This document shows, piece after piece, positions 21,544 through 31,735 of a stretch of DNA of 64,000 nucleotides (position 1 is its first letter; the number at the start of each line of letters is the position of its first letter). The notes beneath the pieces were generated by a model, which saw only the letters and a list, made by a program, of their open reading frames with translations, did not search any database and had not been told where the DNA came from. The translations under genes were made by a program, and so were the position numbers. This DNA comes from a bacterium (GTDB taxonomy: Bacteria > Zhuqueibacterota > Zhuqueibacteria > Residuimicrobiales > Krinioviventaceae), in the NCBI GenBank assembly GCA_963693055.1, contig OY843751.1, positions 4,992,001 to 5,056,000 of the forward strand, given 5' to 3'.

Positions 21544-21720
21544 ATGAATTTCAAATCATTGCTATCTTAACTTTAATCTTTTTAGTTATATCCTCCTGTA
21601 ACGAAAAGCCACAGAAGCACACTTGAGCAGTTCCCGCATCAAAATCCGTATATGATCATCACAATTCAACGAGATTCTGCGTCCCTACATCTGGACACTT
21701 TTCAACTGTTGAAATACTAA
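21544..21720 (+). pseudogene. Frameshifted lipoprotein remnant
   Basis: ATG followed, after a 1-nt shift, by IIAILTLIFLVISSCNEKPQK (signal plus lipobox), then a stop and a second shift. Confidence 0.4.
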
Positions 21721-21752
21721 ATCCCAACAATATAATAAACCGTCACATGGTA

Positions 21753-22499
21753 TTAATCGGTTTTATATGTATTGATGGTAAAGATCGTGCTCAGGTTCTC
21801 ATTTTCTTCATCATATACAACCATTAAATATTTTTGCCAGGACTTGAACGGAAAGTACAGCCGCCCGGCAACACTGTAATTGGGTGGCAATGTTGTCTTT
21901 CGCAGCGCAGTGAATTCCCAAATGTCCCGCTCTCCCAAAAGACGAGTAATGACATCGTAATGATAATTTTCATCTTCTATATTGGCAATTTCTCGCTCTT
22001 CGTCCTCTATTTCTTCCTGTACTATTTCTTCATCGGTCCGTGGCGAGGCAATGGTGGCCAAATCACTGAAAAGATCTACAATTGTCAAGAGCCCATTTAT
22101 CCCGGATTCCTGAATATAACGGGAATCCTCTTTGGATATTGCCAGATCCGTATCTAGAAGCATTTCCTCCGGATCAATCGGTTTTTGAACAAAGAATTTG
22201 TCATACTCTTGATTCGCGTTCATATAATATCCATGAAACAATTCGCAGGAGGCCGTCATAGGCTCCGGTCCCAGGTTCACAATTTCAACATCAATCACTG
22301 CCATATTGTCCTCAACTCTATCAAAGGCAATAATCACGTCAACATGGTTTCCCGTCATCTTTATATATTCTTTACCATGAAGCCAGACACGTTCATGCTC
22401 ATCAGACAATGTTTGTAACTTGTAAACTCGGCCCGTTCCAGCCATGCAGGACAACAGGCACAATAACAACAGCATCAAAAAAACAGCATTTTTTCTCAT
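21753..22499 (-). CDS. Hypothetical lipoprotein
   Basis: LLSC lipobox; LRKTTLPPNYSVAGRLYFP. Confidence 0.75.
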   Translation of the reverse strand: MRKNAVFLMLLLLCLLSCMAGTGRVYKLQTLSDEHERVWLHGKEYIKMTGNHVDVIIAFDRVEDNMAVIDVEIVNLGPEPMTASCELFHGYYMNANQEYDKFFVQKPIDPEEMLLDTDLAISKEDSRYIQESGINGLLTIVDLFSDLATIASPRTDEEIVQEEIEDEEREIANIEDENYHYDVITRLLGERDIWEFTALRKTTLPPNYSVAGRLYFPFKSWQKYLMVVYDEENENLSTIFTINTYKTD

Positions 22500-22690
22500 T
22501 GCATACTCCCCGGGATTTACATGAGCTGCAAAACATTACCTGCCAGCAATTGCAGTACAATGAATACAGGTAATCCTCAATATATTATTCATACGCTCAT
22601 AAACGACCCAGGTTGCATTTTAAAAACAATTTTTACTGATAATTTCTCTACAAGTACTGGACCCGCAGGTAAAACGGATAGCGTATTTTA

Positions 22691-22870
22691 AATCAAGGCA
22701 ATCCTTCAATCCTTTAAATCAAGGTCATTTTAAATCAGGGTAATCCTAAAATCCTTATAATCTGAGTTTATGAATCAAGGTTATAACCGTGACGGAGATC
22801 GCTTTGCTTAACTTTGTCACGATCCAATCCTCTAATCCTTATAATCACGGTCAGTTAATCATGGTGATTA
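22691..22870 (+). repeat. Array of 35-bp AATC-periodic repeats, interrupted by a GTGAC palindrome
   Basis: Full units 22691-22725 and 22733-22767, partial units after; palindrome 22788-22821. Confidence 0.8.
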
Positions 22871-22875
22871 AAACC

Positions 22876-22904
22876 TTGCATTCAACATCAAATCCCATTA
22901 CATT
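22876..22904 (+). promoter_or_regulatory. Putative sigma70 promoter
   Basis: TTGCAT-N17-TACATT; same hexamers recur at 24923-24951. Confidence 0.5.
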
Positions 22905-22929
22905 GATTCATTGAAAATCTGAGAAAGTA

Positions 22930-23541
22930 ATGACAAAAAAGAACCTGATATTCACCCTAATTCTGTCCATTTTGATATGTATTCCCCTGTTATTGGAAGA
23001 ATTTCTACCGGGACTGCATAAACTGACCTATACATTATTTGTTTTCATCCCTCTGTTTATGCTGTTTGCTTTGGGAACAGTGGTTTCACTTATTATCATT
23101 CTCTTTAGAAAATTCAAAAAAAAGAAACAGAACCCGCTGTTTTTGTCCACATGCATCATATTTGCGTTCATGCTGGTGTCATCCGCAATCGTATTGCTTG
23201 CTCCAAAATCCGAGTTTCCCACCGGCTCCAATTTAATGGAATTCAATCCGGATGTCTGGAAAACCGAAAAAGCGCAGGTATGGCCCGGAAACGGACCCAG
23301 CACCCGCGAGAAAATGCTAAAAGACCTGGTTAAAAATGTTCTCCCCGGTAAATCCAGAACAGAAATTGAAACGCTGCTGGGACCGTCACTGGAAACAGAC
23401 TATTTCCAATCCATTGATAAAGACCTGATCTACTATATGGGTCCGGAACGCGACAATTACATGGCACTCGATTCAGAATGGCTGCTGATCTGGCTGGATG
23501 AGAATGGAATATTTCAAAGATATAAAATCGTGAACGATTAA
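22930..23541 (+). CDS. Membrane protein with BamE/SmpA-like C-terminal domain
   Basis: Three TM segments; GKSRTEIETLLGP motif. Confidence 0.65.
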   Translation: MTKKNLIFTLILSILICIPLLLEEFLPGLHKLTYTLFVFIPLFMLFALGTVVSLIIILFRKFKKKKQNPLFLSTCIIFAFMLVSSAIVLLAPKSEFPTGSNLMEFNPDVWKTEKAQVWPGNGPSTREKMLKDLVKNVLPGKSRTEIETLLGPSLETDYFQSIDKDLIYYMGPERDNYMALDSEWLLIWLDENGIFQRYKIVND

Positions 23542-23616
23542 TAAAACATCTGTCGTGTTTTAACATTATATATAATACTTACTCACCCCATTTAACCTTA
23601 AACAAGGAGCTTTATA

Positions 23617-24669
23617 ATGAAACGGCATCTATGCTGGTTATATATTCTTTTCTCTACGGTAAATATTTTTGCGCTTTCAGAACCAGCTGTAGAATTCAGC
23701 AAATCCTTTTCAGGATCTGCTGATCCCGGCGAAACGGTAACGCTGACCTTTACCCTGACCAATCCCGAAAATTTTAGCATTAGCGATCTAGCCTTTACCG
23801 ATGATCTGGATGCCTGTCTGAGCGGACTGGTAGCAACAAACACCCCGCTGAATGATATATGCGGTTCAGGTTCACAGCTCACCGGCACGTCTGTTCTTAC
23901 GCTTACCGGAGGAAATCTGGCCGCAAATGGAGGCACAGCGTCCTTTGACGTAACACTGGCTGTACCAGAAGGTGCCGCAGCAGGCACCTATACCAACACG
24001 ACCAGTGAGCTCACCTATTATGGAGTACCTGTATCCGGGCCTATTTCCGCGGATCTGGTTGTCAATGACACTCCTTTACCTGTTCAATTGTATGATTTTC
24101 AGGCAATTTACCAGAATAATAACATACAATTGCATTGGACCGTTCAAAATGAAATCGACATTTTGGGTTATACCGTTGAACGGAAATCCAGCGATTCCCT
24201 TTGGAAACAAATTGCTTCATATCAGAACGACAAGGAACTACAATGCAGTACATCTGATATGCAAAAAAGCTATAACTGGACTGATTATGATATGGATAAT
24301 AAAAGTGACTATACATACCGCCTGTCTCATACAGATTTTCATGGAGAGGTTACAATCTTGAAAACAGTTCAAGCCAATCTTGTTGTGCCCGAACAAACAT
24401 GTATGCACAATGCTTATCCGAATCCATTTAATCCGCAGACTACCATTCAATATCAAATACTAAAAGATGCTCAGGTGGAAATAACAATCTATAATATTCT
24501 GGGCGTTAAAGTAAGACAACTGGTCCGGGGACTACATACAGCCGGCAGTTATCACAAAACCTGGGACGGTACTTCTGATAACGGGACCCCGCTCCCAAGC
24601 GGAGTCTACCTGATCAAAATGCAAACACCGGATTTTCAGCAATTACAAAAAATTGTGCTCACAAAATAA
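23617..24669 (+). CDS. Secreted protein: DUF11-like Ig domain, PLPVQL linker, FlgD-Ig/T9SS-type tail
   Basis: SKSFSG..DPGETVTLTFTLTN..FTDDL; NAYPNPFNPQTTIQY. Confidence 0.8.
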   Translation: MKRHLCWLYILFSTVNIFALSEPAVEFSKSFSGSADPGETVTLTFTLTNPENFSISDLAFTDDLDACLSGLVATNTPLNDICGSGSQLTGTSVLTLTGGNLAANGGTASFDVTLAVPEGAAAGTYTNTTSELTYYGVPVSGPISADLVVNDTPLPVQLYDFQAIYQNNNIQLHWTVQNEIDILGYTVERKSSDSLWKQIASYQNDKELQCSTSDMQKSYNWTDYDMDNKSDYTYRLSHTDFHGEVTILKTVQANLVVPEQTCMHNAYPNPFNPQTTIQYQILKDAQVEITIYNILGVKVRQLVRGLHTAGSYHKTWDGTSDNGTPLPSGVYLIKMQTPDFQQLQKIVLTK

Positions 24670-24684
24670 AATCAATTACCATAT

Positions 24685-24709
24685 TGCCTGGCTCTTAAAT
24701 GTCAGGCAA
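24685..24709 (+). terminator. Possible terminator hairpin
   Basis: TTGCCTGGC...GTCAGGCAA. Confidence 0.45.
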
Positions 24710-24754
24710 CATCCCATTTTATATTCTTTTCTATAAATTCTGATTCAGTATCTT

Positions 24755-24910
24755 AATCATGGCAACCCTCTAATCCTTTCAATCCGGGTTATTCATCATG
24801 GTAATCCCTTAATCCTGGTAATCAAGGTCGCTTTCAATCTGGGTCATTAATAATGGCAATCACTAAATCCTTGTTATCAAGGTCGCTTAAAATCTGGGTT
24901 TATCAGGGTC
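24755..24910 (+). repeat. Array of 35-bp AATC-periodic repeats
   Basis: Units 24755-24789, 24794-24828 and 24849-24883. Confidence 0.8.
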
Positions 24911-24922
24911 CACATTATCCCC

Positions 24923-24951
24923 TTGCATCCAAGTCCGTTTTCTTTTACATT
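24923..24951 (+). promoter_or_regulatory. Putative sigma70 promoter of the GH127 gene
   Basis: TTGCAT-N17-TACATT. Confidence 0.5.
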
Positions 24952-24983
24952 ATACTATCAAATAACAACCGAGGGTAGTACAA

Positions 24984-26900
24984 ATGAAAAAATGGCTCCT
25001 TTTATTCGTTCCAATTCTATTCATCAACTGTTCCAAATCGTTAAAAACTGATTATCCCATACAACCGGTCCTCTTTACGAACGTCCACTTTAACGATTCG
25101 TTCTGGCAGCCGCGACTGGAAACCAACCGCACCGTTACCATACCCTTTGATTTTAAAAAATGCGAGGAAACCGGTCGAATCGACAATTTCGCCATCGCCG
25201 GAGGGCTCAAGGAAGGCAAGCACGAGGGCATGCGTTATAACGATTCCGATGTGTTCAAGATTATCGAGGGCGCCTCGTATTCACTCAGCATGCACCCGGA
25301 TCCCGAGCTGGACAAATATCTGGACGATCTCATATATAAAATAGCGGCCTCTCAGGAAGACGACGGCTATATTTTCACCACCCGCACTATTGATCCCACA
25401 CGCGTTGCGGTACGTTCCGGTGATACGCGGTGGTCGTATGTAGCCATGAGTCACGAATTGTACAACGCCGGTCACATGTACGAGGCCGCTGTTGCGCATT
25501 ACCAGGCTACCGGTAAACGCACATTTCTGGATGTTGCCATTAAAAGCGCGGATTTGATCGAATCCACATTCGGTCCCGGCAAACGCATGGAGCCCCCCGG
25601 CCATCAGGAGATCGAGATCGGGTTAACCAAATTGTACCGGGTAACCGGAGAAAAAAAATATTTAAAGCTGGCAAAATTTTTCCTGGACCAGCGCGGTAAC
25701 AAAGAAAATCACGATCTTTACGGTGAATACAGCCAGGACCACCAGCCGGTTATTGAACAAACATGCCCTACAGGACATGCGGTTCGTGCCGGTTACATGT
25801 ATTCGGCAATGGCAGATGTAGCGGCAATAGAGGGAGATCAGGATTATGTTTACGCCCTGGATACCATCTGGCAAAACACCGTCTATACCCGTCTCTATCT
25901 GACCGGAGGAATTGGCGCAAGATATACCGGTGAAGCCTTTGGCGAAGAATATGAATTGCCCAACATGAGTGCCTATAACGAAACCTGTGCCGCTATTGCC
26001 AACATGTTCTGGAACCAACGCATGTTTCTACTGCACGGCGATGCCAAATATATCGATGTAATGGAACGTACACTTTACAATGGATTTCTATCTGGCGTTT
26101 CTCTGGATGGTAACGAGTTCTTTTACCCCAATCCACTGGAATCTGATGGTTCACACAGCCGCAGTCCCTGGTTCGACTGTGCCTGCTGTCCATGTAACGT
26201 GGTCAGGTTTCTGCCCTCTCTGCCGGGCTACCAGTACGCCGTCAATCACGATACCCTGTACGTCAACCTGTTCATAGGCGGAACTGCAGATATTGAACTG
26301 GATGGGCAATCCATACAGATCGAACAAATAACAAACTATCCCTGGCAAGGTACGATAGAGATCCTGCCACAACCGGCAGACAATAACAAATTCACGCTCT
26401 CTATTCGTATACCCGGTTGGGCCATGAACGCGCCTGTTCCCGGAGACCTGTATCATTTCTTATCCGAATCCAATGCGAAACCAACACTCCGGGTAAACGG
26501 AAAAGCCGTAAACTATACTCTGCGCAAGGGATACGCGGATATCTCACGACAATGGCAAAAAGGCGATATTGTAACGCTGGAACTGCCCATGCCTGTTCGC
26601 AAGGTACTGAGCAATGACAAGGTGGATGAAGACCGCGGCAAGCTGGCCCTGCAGCGCGGACCGCTGGTTTATTGTGCGGAATGGGTGGACAATGACGGAC
26701 ACGCACGCGATCTGCTCGTCCCCCAAAACACAGATTTTACCGTAAACGCTCAACCCGACCTGCTACATGGAATATATACTATCACCGGACCGGTTAAATT
26801 ACAAAACGGACGCAAACAGAAATTAACAGCCATACCCTATTATGCCTGGGCGCACCGCGGCTCTGGCGACATGGCGGTGTGGATGAAATATGAGGATTAA
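24984..26900 (+). CDS. GH127 beta-L-arabinofuranosidase-family glycoside hydrolase
   Basis: DSDVFKIIEG, HELYNAGH, GHAVRAGY, YNETCAAI, CACCPCN, LQRGPLVYCAE. Confidence 0.93.
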   Translation: MKKWLLLFVPILFINCSKSLKTDYPIQPVLFTNVHFNDSFWQPRLETNRTVTIPFDFKKCEETGRIDNFAIAGGLKEGKHEGMRYNDSDVFKIIEGASYSLSMHPDPELDKYLDDLIYKIAASQEDDGYIFTTRTIDPTRVAVRSGDTRWSYVAMSHELYNAGHMYEAAVAHYQATGKRTFLDVAIKSADLIESTFGPGKRMEPPGHQEIEIGLTKLYRVTGEKKYLKLAKFFLDQRGNKENHDLYGEYSQDHQPVIEQTCPTGHAVRAGYMYSAMADVAAIEGDQDYVYALDTIWQNTVYTRLYLTGGIGARYTGEAFGEEYELPNMSAYNETCAAIANMFWNQRMFLLHGDAKYIDVMERTLYNGFLSGVSLDGNEFFYPNPLESDGSHSRSPWFDCACCPCNVVRFLPSLPGYQYAVNHDTLYVNLFIGGTADIELDGQSIQIEQITNYPWQGTIEILPQPADNNKFTLSIRIPGWAMNAPVPGDLYHFLSESNAKPTLRVNGKAVNYTLRKGYADISRQWQKGDIVTLELPMPVRKVLSNDKVDEDRGKLALQRGPLVYCAEWVDNDGHARDLLVPQNTDFTVNAQPDLLHGIYTITGPVKLQNGRKQKLTAIPYYAWAHRGSGDMAVWMKYED

Positions 26901-26907
26901 ATATTCC

Positions 26908-26939
26908 GTGACGGAGAATGCACTGCTAATCTCCGTCAC
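26908..26939. repeat. REP-like palindrome (GTGAC family)
   Basis: GTGACGGAGA-N12-TCTCCGTCAC. Confidence 0.8.
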
Positions 26940-26972
26940 AATCAAAACTATCTACAACGATTTGGAGGGAAT

Positions 26973-27482
26973 ATGAAATACTTTTTATATATAATAGTAT
27001 TAACATTCTCTGTTATTTCCTGTAATGATGATGGTGAACCTCTATCTACTCATACAGCCAATTGGGAAAAGAGAACCCTTGATCATGCTCTGAGCAGCTC
27101 GCTTGAATCCGGATCGTCTTATTTATCCGTTTATTCAGAGATATATAACAGGAGTGAGCATAGAACCTACGACCTGACAGCAACGATCAGCATGAGGAAT
27201 GTAAACAGAGCAGATACCATCTTTATCGAAAAAGCAGAATATTTCGACACGGTCGGCAACTCGATCAGAACCTATTTCAACAAACCGATTTACCTGACAC
27301 CTATGGAAACTGTCGAGATTGTTATTGACGACAAGGACAAAGCAGGCGGCACCGGTGCCAACATTGTTTTTGACTGGAAAATAAAACCCGGATCCAACCC
27401 TCCCCTGTTTGAAGGGGTCATGATATCTACCTATGGTCAACAAGGCTTGTCTTTTACCACACAGGGAATCCGGATCCATTAA
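26973..27482 (+). CDS. DUF3124 lipoprotein
   Basis: YLSVYSEIY, LTATISMRN, GGTGANIVFDW, QQGLSFTTQG. Confidence 0.85.
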   Translation: MKYFLYIIVLTFSVISCNDDGEPLSTHTANWEKRTLDHALSSSLESGSSYLSVYSEIYNRSEHRTYDLTATISMRNVNRADTIFIEKAEYFDTVGNSIRTYFNKPIYLTPMETVEIVIDDKDKAGGTGANIVFDWKIKPGSNPPLFEGVMISTYGQQGLSFTTQGIRIH

Positions 27483-27501
27483 CTATTGGGTTATCTTAAC
27501 G

Positions 27502-27600
27502 CGTGACGGAGAACGCTGCGCTTAATTCCGTCACGATCAATCTAATCAAAAACCGGTTGCTGAGTAGGACGTCCAAAGGACGTACGTATCGAAGCACCGG
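27502..27600. repeat. REP-like palindromes (GTGAC family plus CTGAGTA..TATCGAAG family)
   Basis: CGTGACGGAG...TTCCGTCACGATC; CCGGTTGCTGAGTAGGACGTCCAAAGGACGTACGTATCGAAGCACCGG. Confidence 0.65.
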
Positions 27601-27689
27601 TGAAGTATTCCTATAAAACAAGAGCCTGGGGGTCGAGTAGGTATTACACATAAACAGGGCTTATGCAATCAGTGCCATCAAAAACAGGA

Positions 27690-27986
27690 CAGACTTTGTG
27701 AAAACTAGAAACAATTTTGTTTTTGGAGTGCATCGCGTTTATGCACGTGACCGCCTACCGGCGGTATGCATCGGACCAAAGGTCCGATTTAAACCCGCCT
27801 GCTTTTCAAATATTATAGAATTATTATTGTGATGTAAGTTCAATATTCTTATGCAAATATAGTTGAGTAGAGACCGTCTCCGACGGCCCGCATTACATAA
27901 AGGTAATGCACTCCACGTCTTTTTTAAATTTTGCTCATAAATATAATTTTATTTGTTTAAAATTTAATTCATTTTTACACAGTCTG
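27690..27986. mobile_element. Non-autonomous MITE (IS1182-like ends), 297 bp
   Basis: TIRs CAGACTTTGTGAAAA / TTTTTACACAGTCTG (13/15); AGGA direct repeat at 27686-27689 and 27987-27990; no ORF. Confidence 0.7.
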
Positions 27987-28027
27987 AGGAGTTTTGGACG
28001 GAGTAACAGTGGCGGATCGGACAGATA

Positions 28028-28101
28028 AATCAGGGTAATCCTTTAATCTTATTAATCAGGGTAAATAATCATGGTAATCCTCTAATCCTTAAATTCTGGG
28101 T
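28028..28101 (+). repeat. Two 35-bp AATC-periodic repeats
   Basis: Units 28028-28062 and 28067-28101; the second encodes the C-terminus of the opposite-strand gene. Confidence 0.8.
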
Positions 28102-28785
28102 TTTGCTTTCGCCCATCCCATTTTTCAATACATGCATGTGCAGGGTAAACACATACCAAAGCACTGTACTCATCACAATCAGTTCTCCGGCTTCTTCAAG
28201 AATGGAAGCGCCTCTGACATTTAATACAACCCCGAGAATATCTATACCCACGGCAAAAAACACAAAAACACATAGCAGGTAAAACAGGTATCGGGATGTT
28301 TTTCTCACAAACTCGTTACTGAAATAATAAAATATCAAAAGAATGCTAAATAGAACAATACCAATTAATCCCGCAAAAACGACCTGCCCCAGATCATAAG
28401 CATCTATTGCATTTAAAATTCCCCATTGCGGTAGCCTGCTGCCAATAAAATGACCGCCAACTGTCTCGTGTATACGTGTAGAATCGTCAATCAAAAGATA
28501 GACGAACAAAACCGACCAAAATCCAAACAACCAAGCCCGAAAGCGAATAGCAATATACCCCATGAGTAGAAAAACCCAAAACATTTTAATGTACTGAAAC
28601 AATTCTGAATACCCGCCATCTGTTGCCAAAATCAACATGGGTTCGGCAATCAAACAGGTATGACAATTGATCATATGTAAAAAAATAAACATACAATCGG
28701 TTATTATCAATAATTGCAAGAGTCGTAATAGATGGTTATCGGTAACAAGGTCAGGTTTGAGTTTGGTAATAAAGGTCGCTTTCAT
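28069..28785 (-). CDS. Hypothetical multi-pass membrane protein
   Basis: About 6 TM helices; DGGYSELFQYIK, DDSTRIHE, EEAGEL motifs. Confidence 0.75.
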   Translation of the reverse strand: MKATFITKLKPDLVTDNHLLRLLQLLIITDCMFIFLHMINCHTCLIAEPMLILATDGGYSELFQYIKMFWVFLLMGYIAIRFRAWLFGFWSVLFVYLLIDDSTRIHETVGGHFIGSRLPQWGILNAIDAYDLGQVVFAGLIGIVLFSILLIFYYFSNEFVRKTSRYLFYLLCVFVFFAVGIDILGVVLNVRGASILEEAGELIVMSTVLWYVFTLHMHVLKNGMGESKTQNLRIRGLP

Positions 28786-29096
28786 CTTTCACCTTTATTT
28801 ATTCAACATGGACTAAAAGAGGGCATACTTTATAATAATAAATAGCATCAAATTTGCAAGCAATATTTACAAAATGGTATTGTTTTCTTTTCGTGGATTT
28901 TGTATAATTATAAATCAACCCAAACGCTACTCATACATTCCGGCTCCGGGGTCTATTCGTTCTGAACAATGTACCTATCAAATATAAATTTTGACAGGAG
29001 CATAAACAGTTTGCAAACAATAAAAAGCCAACGCTCTGTTGAAACGTACATATCGGGAACCATACAAACTCCCGGAATTGATTTGATGGTATCATC

Positions 29097-29711
29097 ATGA
29101 CTGCTACAGACCTCTATCAAAATCACTATGCCGCAATTCGGTTTGAAAGGCAGGGACTTTTTCAGCTTGTTCAAAAACAATATGGATGTAAGGAGGCGTT
29201 GTATCCCGGCAGTTCGGTGCATATCACGCCTTCTTTTTATATTCCCCATGTGGTGTATATAGATATAAGTAACGATGCCGCTCAATTTTTCAGTAATCAA
29301 AATGCGGTTATAGAATATATCAATCAGCATAAAAAATACAAACGCCGTGCGTTTTTACAATTTCTCCATCAAGACTATACTCAGGCCTTGCCAATTCAGC
29401 ATCAATTTGATCTGCTCATTGCACTTTTTGCACCCCAGGTGATACACACTAGTACACAATATATTAAAAAAAATGGACTGGTACTGGTCCACACGTTTCA
29501 AAACAACCTACAGGATGCAGTCAATAACCCTGAATTACGTTTAGAATCGGCAGTTCAATTCACCAAAAACCAATATCAAATCATTCCGTCAAATAACACC
29601 GGGATAGATCCTTTCCTCAAATCCAGGCCGTCTAAAAAATATTTAAAACAACACTCAAATTCTGTTGACTATGTTGAAAATGAAATGTATTTTATATTTA
29701 AAAAGATTTAA
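29097..29711 (+). CDS. Hypothetical protein, methyltransferase-like fold
   Basis: LYPGSSVHITPSF..HVVYID...FDLLI. Confidence 0.65.
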   Translation: MTATDLYQNHYAAIRFERQGLFQLVQKQYGCKEALYPGSSVHITPSFYIPHVVYIDISNDAAQFFSNQNAVIEYINQHKKYKRRAFLQFLHQDYTQALPIQHQFDLLIALFAPQVIHTSTQYIKKNGLVLVHTFQNNLQDAVNNPELRLESAVQFTKNQYQIIPSNNTGIDPFLKSRPSKKYLKQHSNSVDYVENEMYFIFKKI

Positions 29712-29814
29712 CGCACCAGCCAGATCTGTCACCACTCCATAGATCTGTTATCCATATTGGGGAGTGACCCAGCAGTATTCATGATTTGTTGAACCAGATT
29801 TGGGGAGTAAACAA

Positions 29815-30810
29815 ATGAATAAAATTTATCTAACTGTTTTGGTCAGTATATTAACACTTTTAGGATGCGATACCAATAAAAACCCTGCCGCACCGTCACC
29901 TTATTATGACTTTTCCATCTATATGCTCAAAGACACAGAACTCGAATTGCAGGATATAGCAAACACCAACATCTACAGGCTTGCCCTGCAAGACAAACCG
30001 TTAATCAGTAAAGATGACATTGTCATGTATGATTTTTCATCACACATGATTTACCTGAATAAAAGCAAAAAAGAAATTTTCAAAGACATCATAGGTGACA
30101 CCCCCATGTTCACGAATTTTTCTACCAAGCCCTTTGTTGTGGTTTGCGGGAACGAACGTATCTATACCGGTGCGTTGTTCAGTACAGCGTCTTCAATTGC
30201 ACATGTTGGAGTAAGTATATTAGACCTTGATGTATTTTTTTTACCGGATGATATGCTGCAAATCAGCAATTCCACACGGTATGATGATCCCATAGATCCC
30301 CGCAACGATGAACGGGTACAACACGCTTTGCAGAATTGCGGTCTTTATCATGCAGGCCTTGAGATAAAGTTACAAAATGTTACCGTTGTTGAAAACGCAG
30401 ATACATCTACCATCAGCTATCAGTTCAAACTGACCAACAATGACAGCCAAACCCTGCTGGTTCCTGATCCTGATAAAATGGGTACCGATCTGTTCCATTA
30501 TTTCGCTACAGGACTTGACTTCAGCAACGACGAAACACAACAATACTTTTATGCGAGTCTAAAAAAGAGCCTCTATCCCGGTCCCTATAACACCTGGGAT
30601 GCCACCTGGTTTACCGAGTTGAAAAGCGGGGCGTCATTGGAACGCTCTGTGGTTATTAAAGGATTTCCCCAAATTCCGCCGGGTGAATATCGCTGCGCAT
30701 TCAATTATTCGGGGCCCCAGGCAATCACCAAAGAGGAACGCTCCATTCAAAATACAAGGTACTGGATTGGAAACATTGCAGCAAATACCAGAAACATTAC
30801 AATCAAATAA
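29815..30810 (+). CDS. Hypothetical lipoprotein
   Basis: LLGC lipobox; RBS GGGGAG. Confidence 0.75.
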   Translation: MNKIYLTVLVSILTLLGCDTNKNPAAPSPYYDFSIYMLKDTELELQDIANTNIYRLALQDKPLISKDDIVMYDFSSHMIYLNKSKKEIFKDIIGDTPMFTNFSTKPFVVVCGNERIYTGALFSTASSIAHVGVSILDLDVFFLPDDMLQISNSTRYDDPIDPRNDERVQHALQNCGLYHAGLEIKLQNVTVVENADTSTISYQFKLTNNDSQTLLVPDPDKMGTDLFHYFATGLDFSNDETQQYFYASLKKSLYPGPYNTWDATWFTELKSGASLERSVVIKGFPQIPPGEYRCAFNYSGPQAITKEERSIQNTRYWIGNIAANTRNITIK

Positions 30811-30840
30811 TTTCAAATACAGAAATCAGCCAGAGGTCGC

Positions 30841-31572
30841 ATGAAAAACCTGAAAACATTGGCCCTGTTACTATTCTTTGTCAATAGTATCTATGCTATT
30901 GATAAAAACCCGCTTGAACATACAGTAAAAAAAATATCCGCTCCGGTTTCAATTGACGCAAATTGGGACAAATCCGTTTGGAATGCAATACCCCCTGTAT
31001 TGATAGAAAATCACATGGGAGAATTACCGAAACACTTTCCAAAGGTGCAGGCAAAACTGGCATACGATGACAGTGCGGTCTATGTCATTTTCAAGGTTAA
31101 CGACAACTATGTGCGCGCCATTGCAGATAAAACTCATGGCAGGGTTTGGGAAGATAGTTGTGTAGAATTCTTTTTCTCTCCCGGAATAGATCTGAATTAT
31201 GCGTATTTCAATCTGGAAACCAATTGCGGCGGCACCATGCTGTTTTCATGGCATGAAAAACCAGGCAAAAGTCAATCTGTTGCGGTAGAGGATTGTGCCG
31301 AAATCACCATTGCCCACTCTTTACCCAAAATCATAGATCCGGAAATCCAACAACCCACAACATGGACACTTGAATATCGGTTACCTTTTGAACTGATACA
31401 AAAATATTGCCCCCATACAGCCAAACCCGCAAAAGGGACGGTCTGGCGCGCCAATCTCTACAAATGCGGCGATGAGACATCACACCCGCACTGGCTTACC
31501 TGGTCATATGTAGATTATCTGGAACCCAAGTTTCATCTACCGGAGTTCTTCGGAACGCTAAAATTCGAATAA
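30841..31572 (+). CDS. CBM9-like domain protein
   Basis: AKLAYDDSAVYVIFKV, VWEDSCVEFF, WRANLYKCGD, FHLPEFFG. Confidence 0.85.
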   Translation: MKNLKTLALLLFFVNSIYAIDKNPLEHTVKKISAPVSIDANWDKSVWNAIPPVLIENHMGELPKHFPKVQAKLAYDDSAVYVIFKVNDNYVRAIADKTHGRVWEDSCVEFFFSPGIDLNYAYFNLETNCGGTMLFSWHEKPGKSQSVAVEDCAEITIAHSLPKIIDPEIQQPTTWTLEYRLPFELIQKYCPHTAKPAKGTVWRANLYKCGDETSHPHWLTWSYVDYLEPKFHLPEFFGTLKFE

Positions 31573-31735
31573 TTTCATTAACCAAAAATAATTCTCTCTG
31601 CGCCCTTGACGAATCCTTTGCTTTCTCTGCGTTTTGCATTTGAAACAAAAAATTTGATTATGCTTCAACTCTACAATTACTAGTAAAATTTTGCTATTTC
31701 TGTCTGAATCAGGCTTTAAATATTTTATTTATAAC

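Noticed and set aside
22691-24910. CRISPR array interpretation of the 35-bp repeats
   Set aside because: Units are degenerate, gaps are only 4-20 nt and themselves repeat-like, and there are no cas genes.
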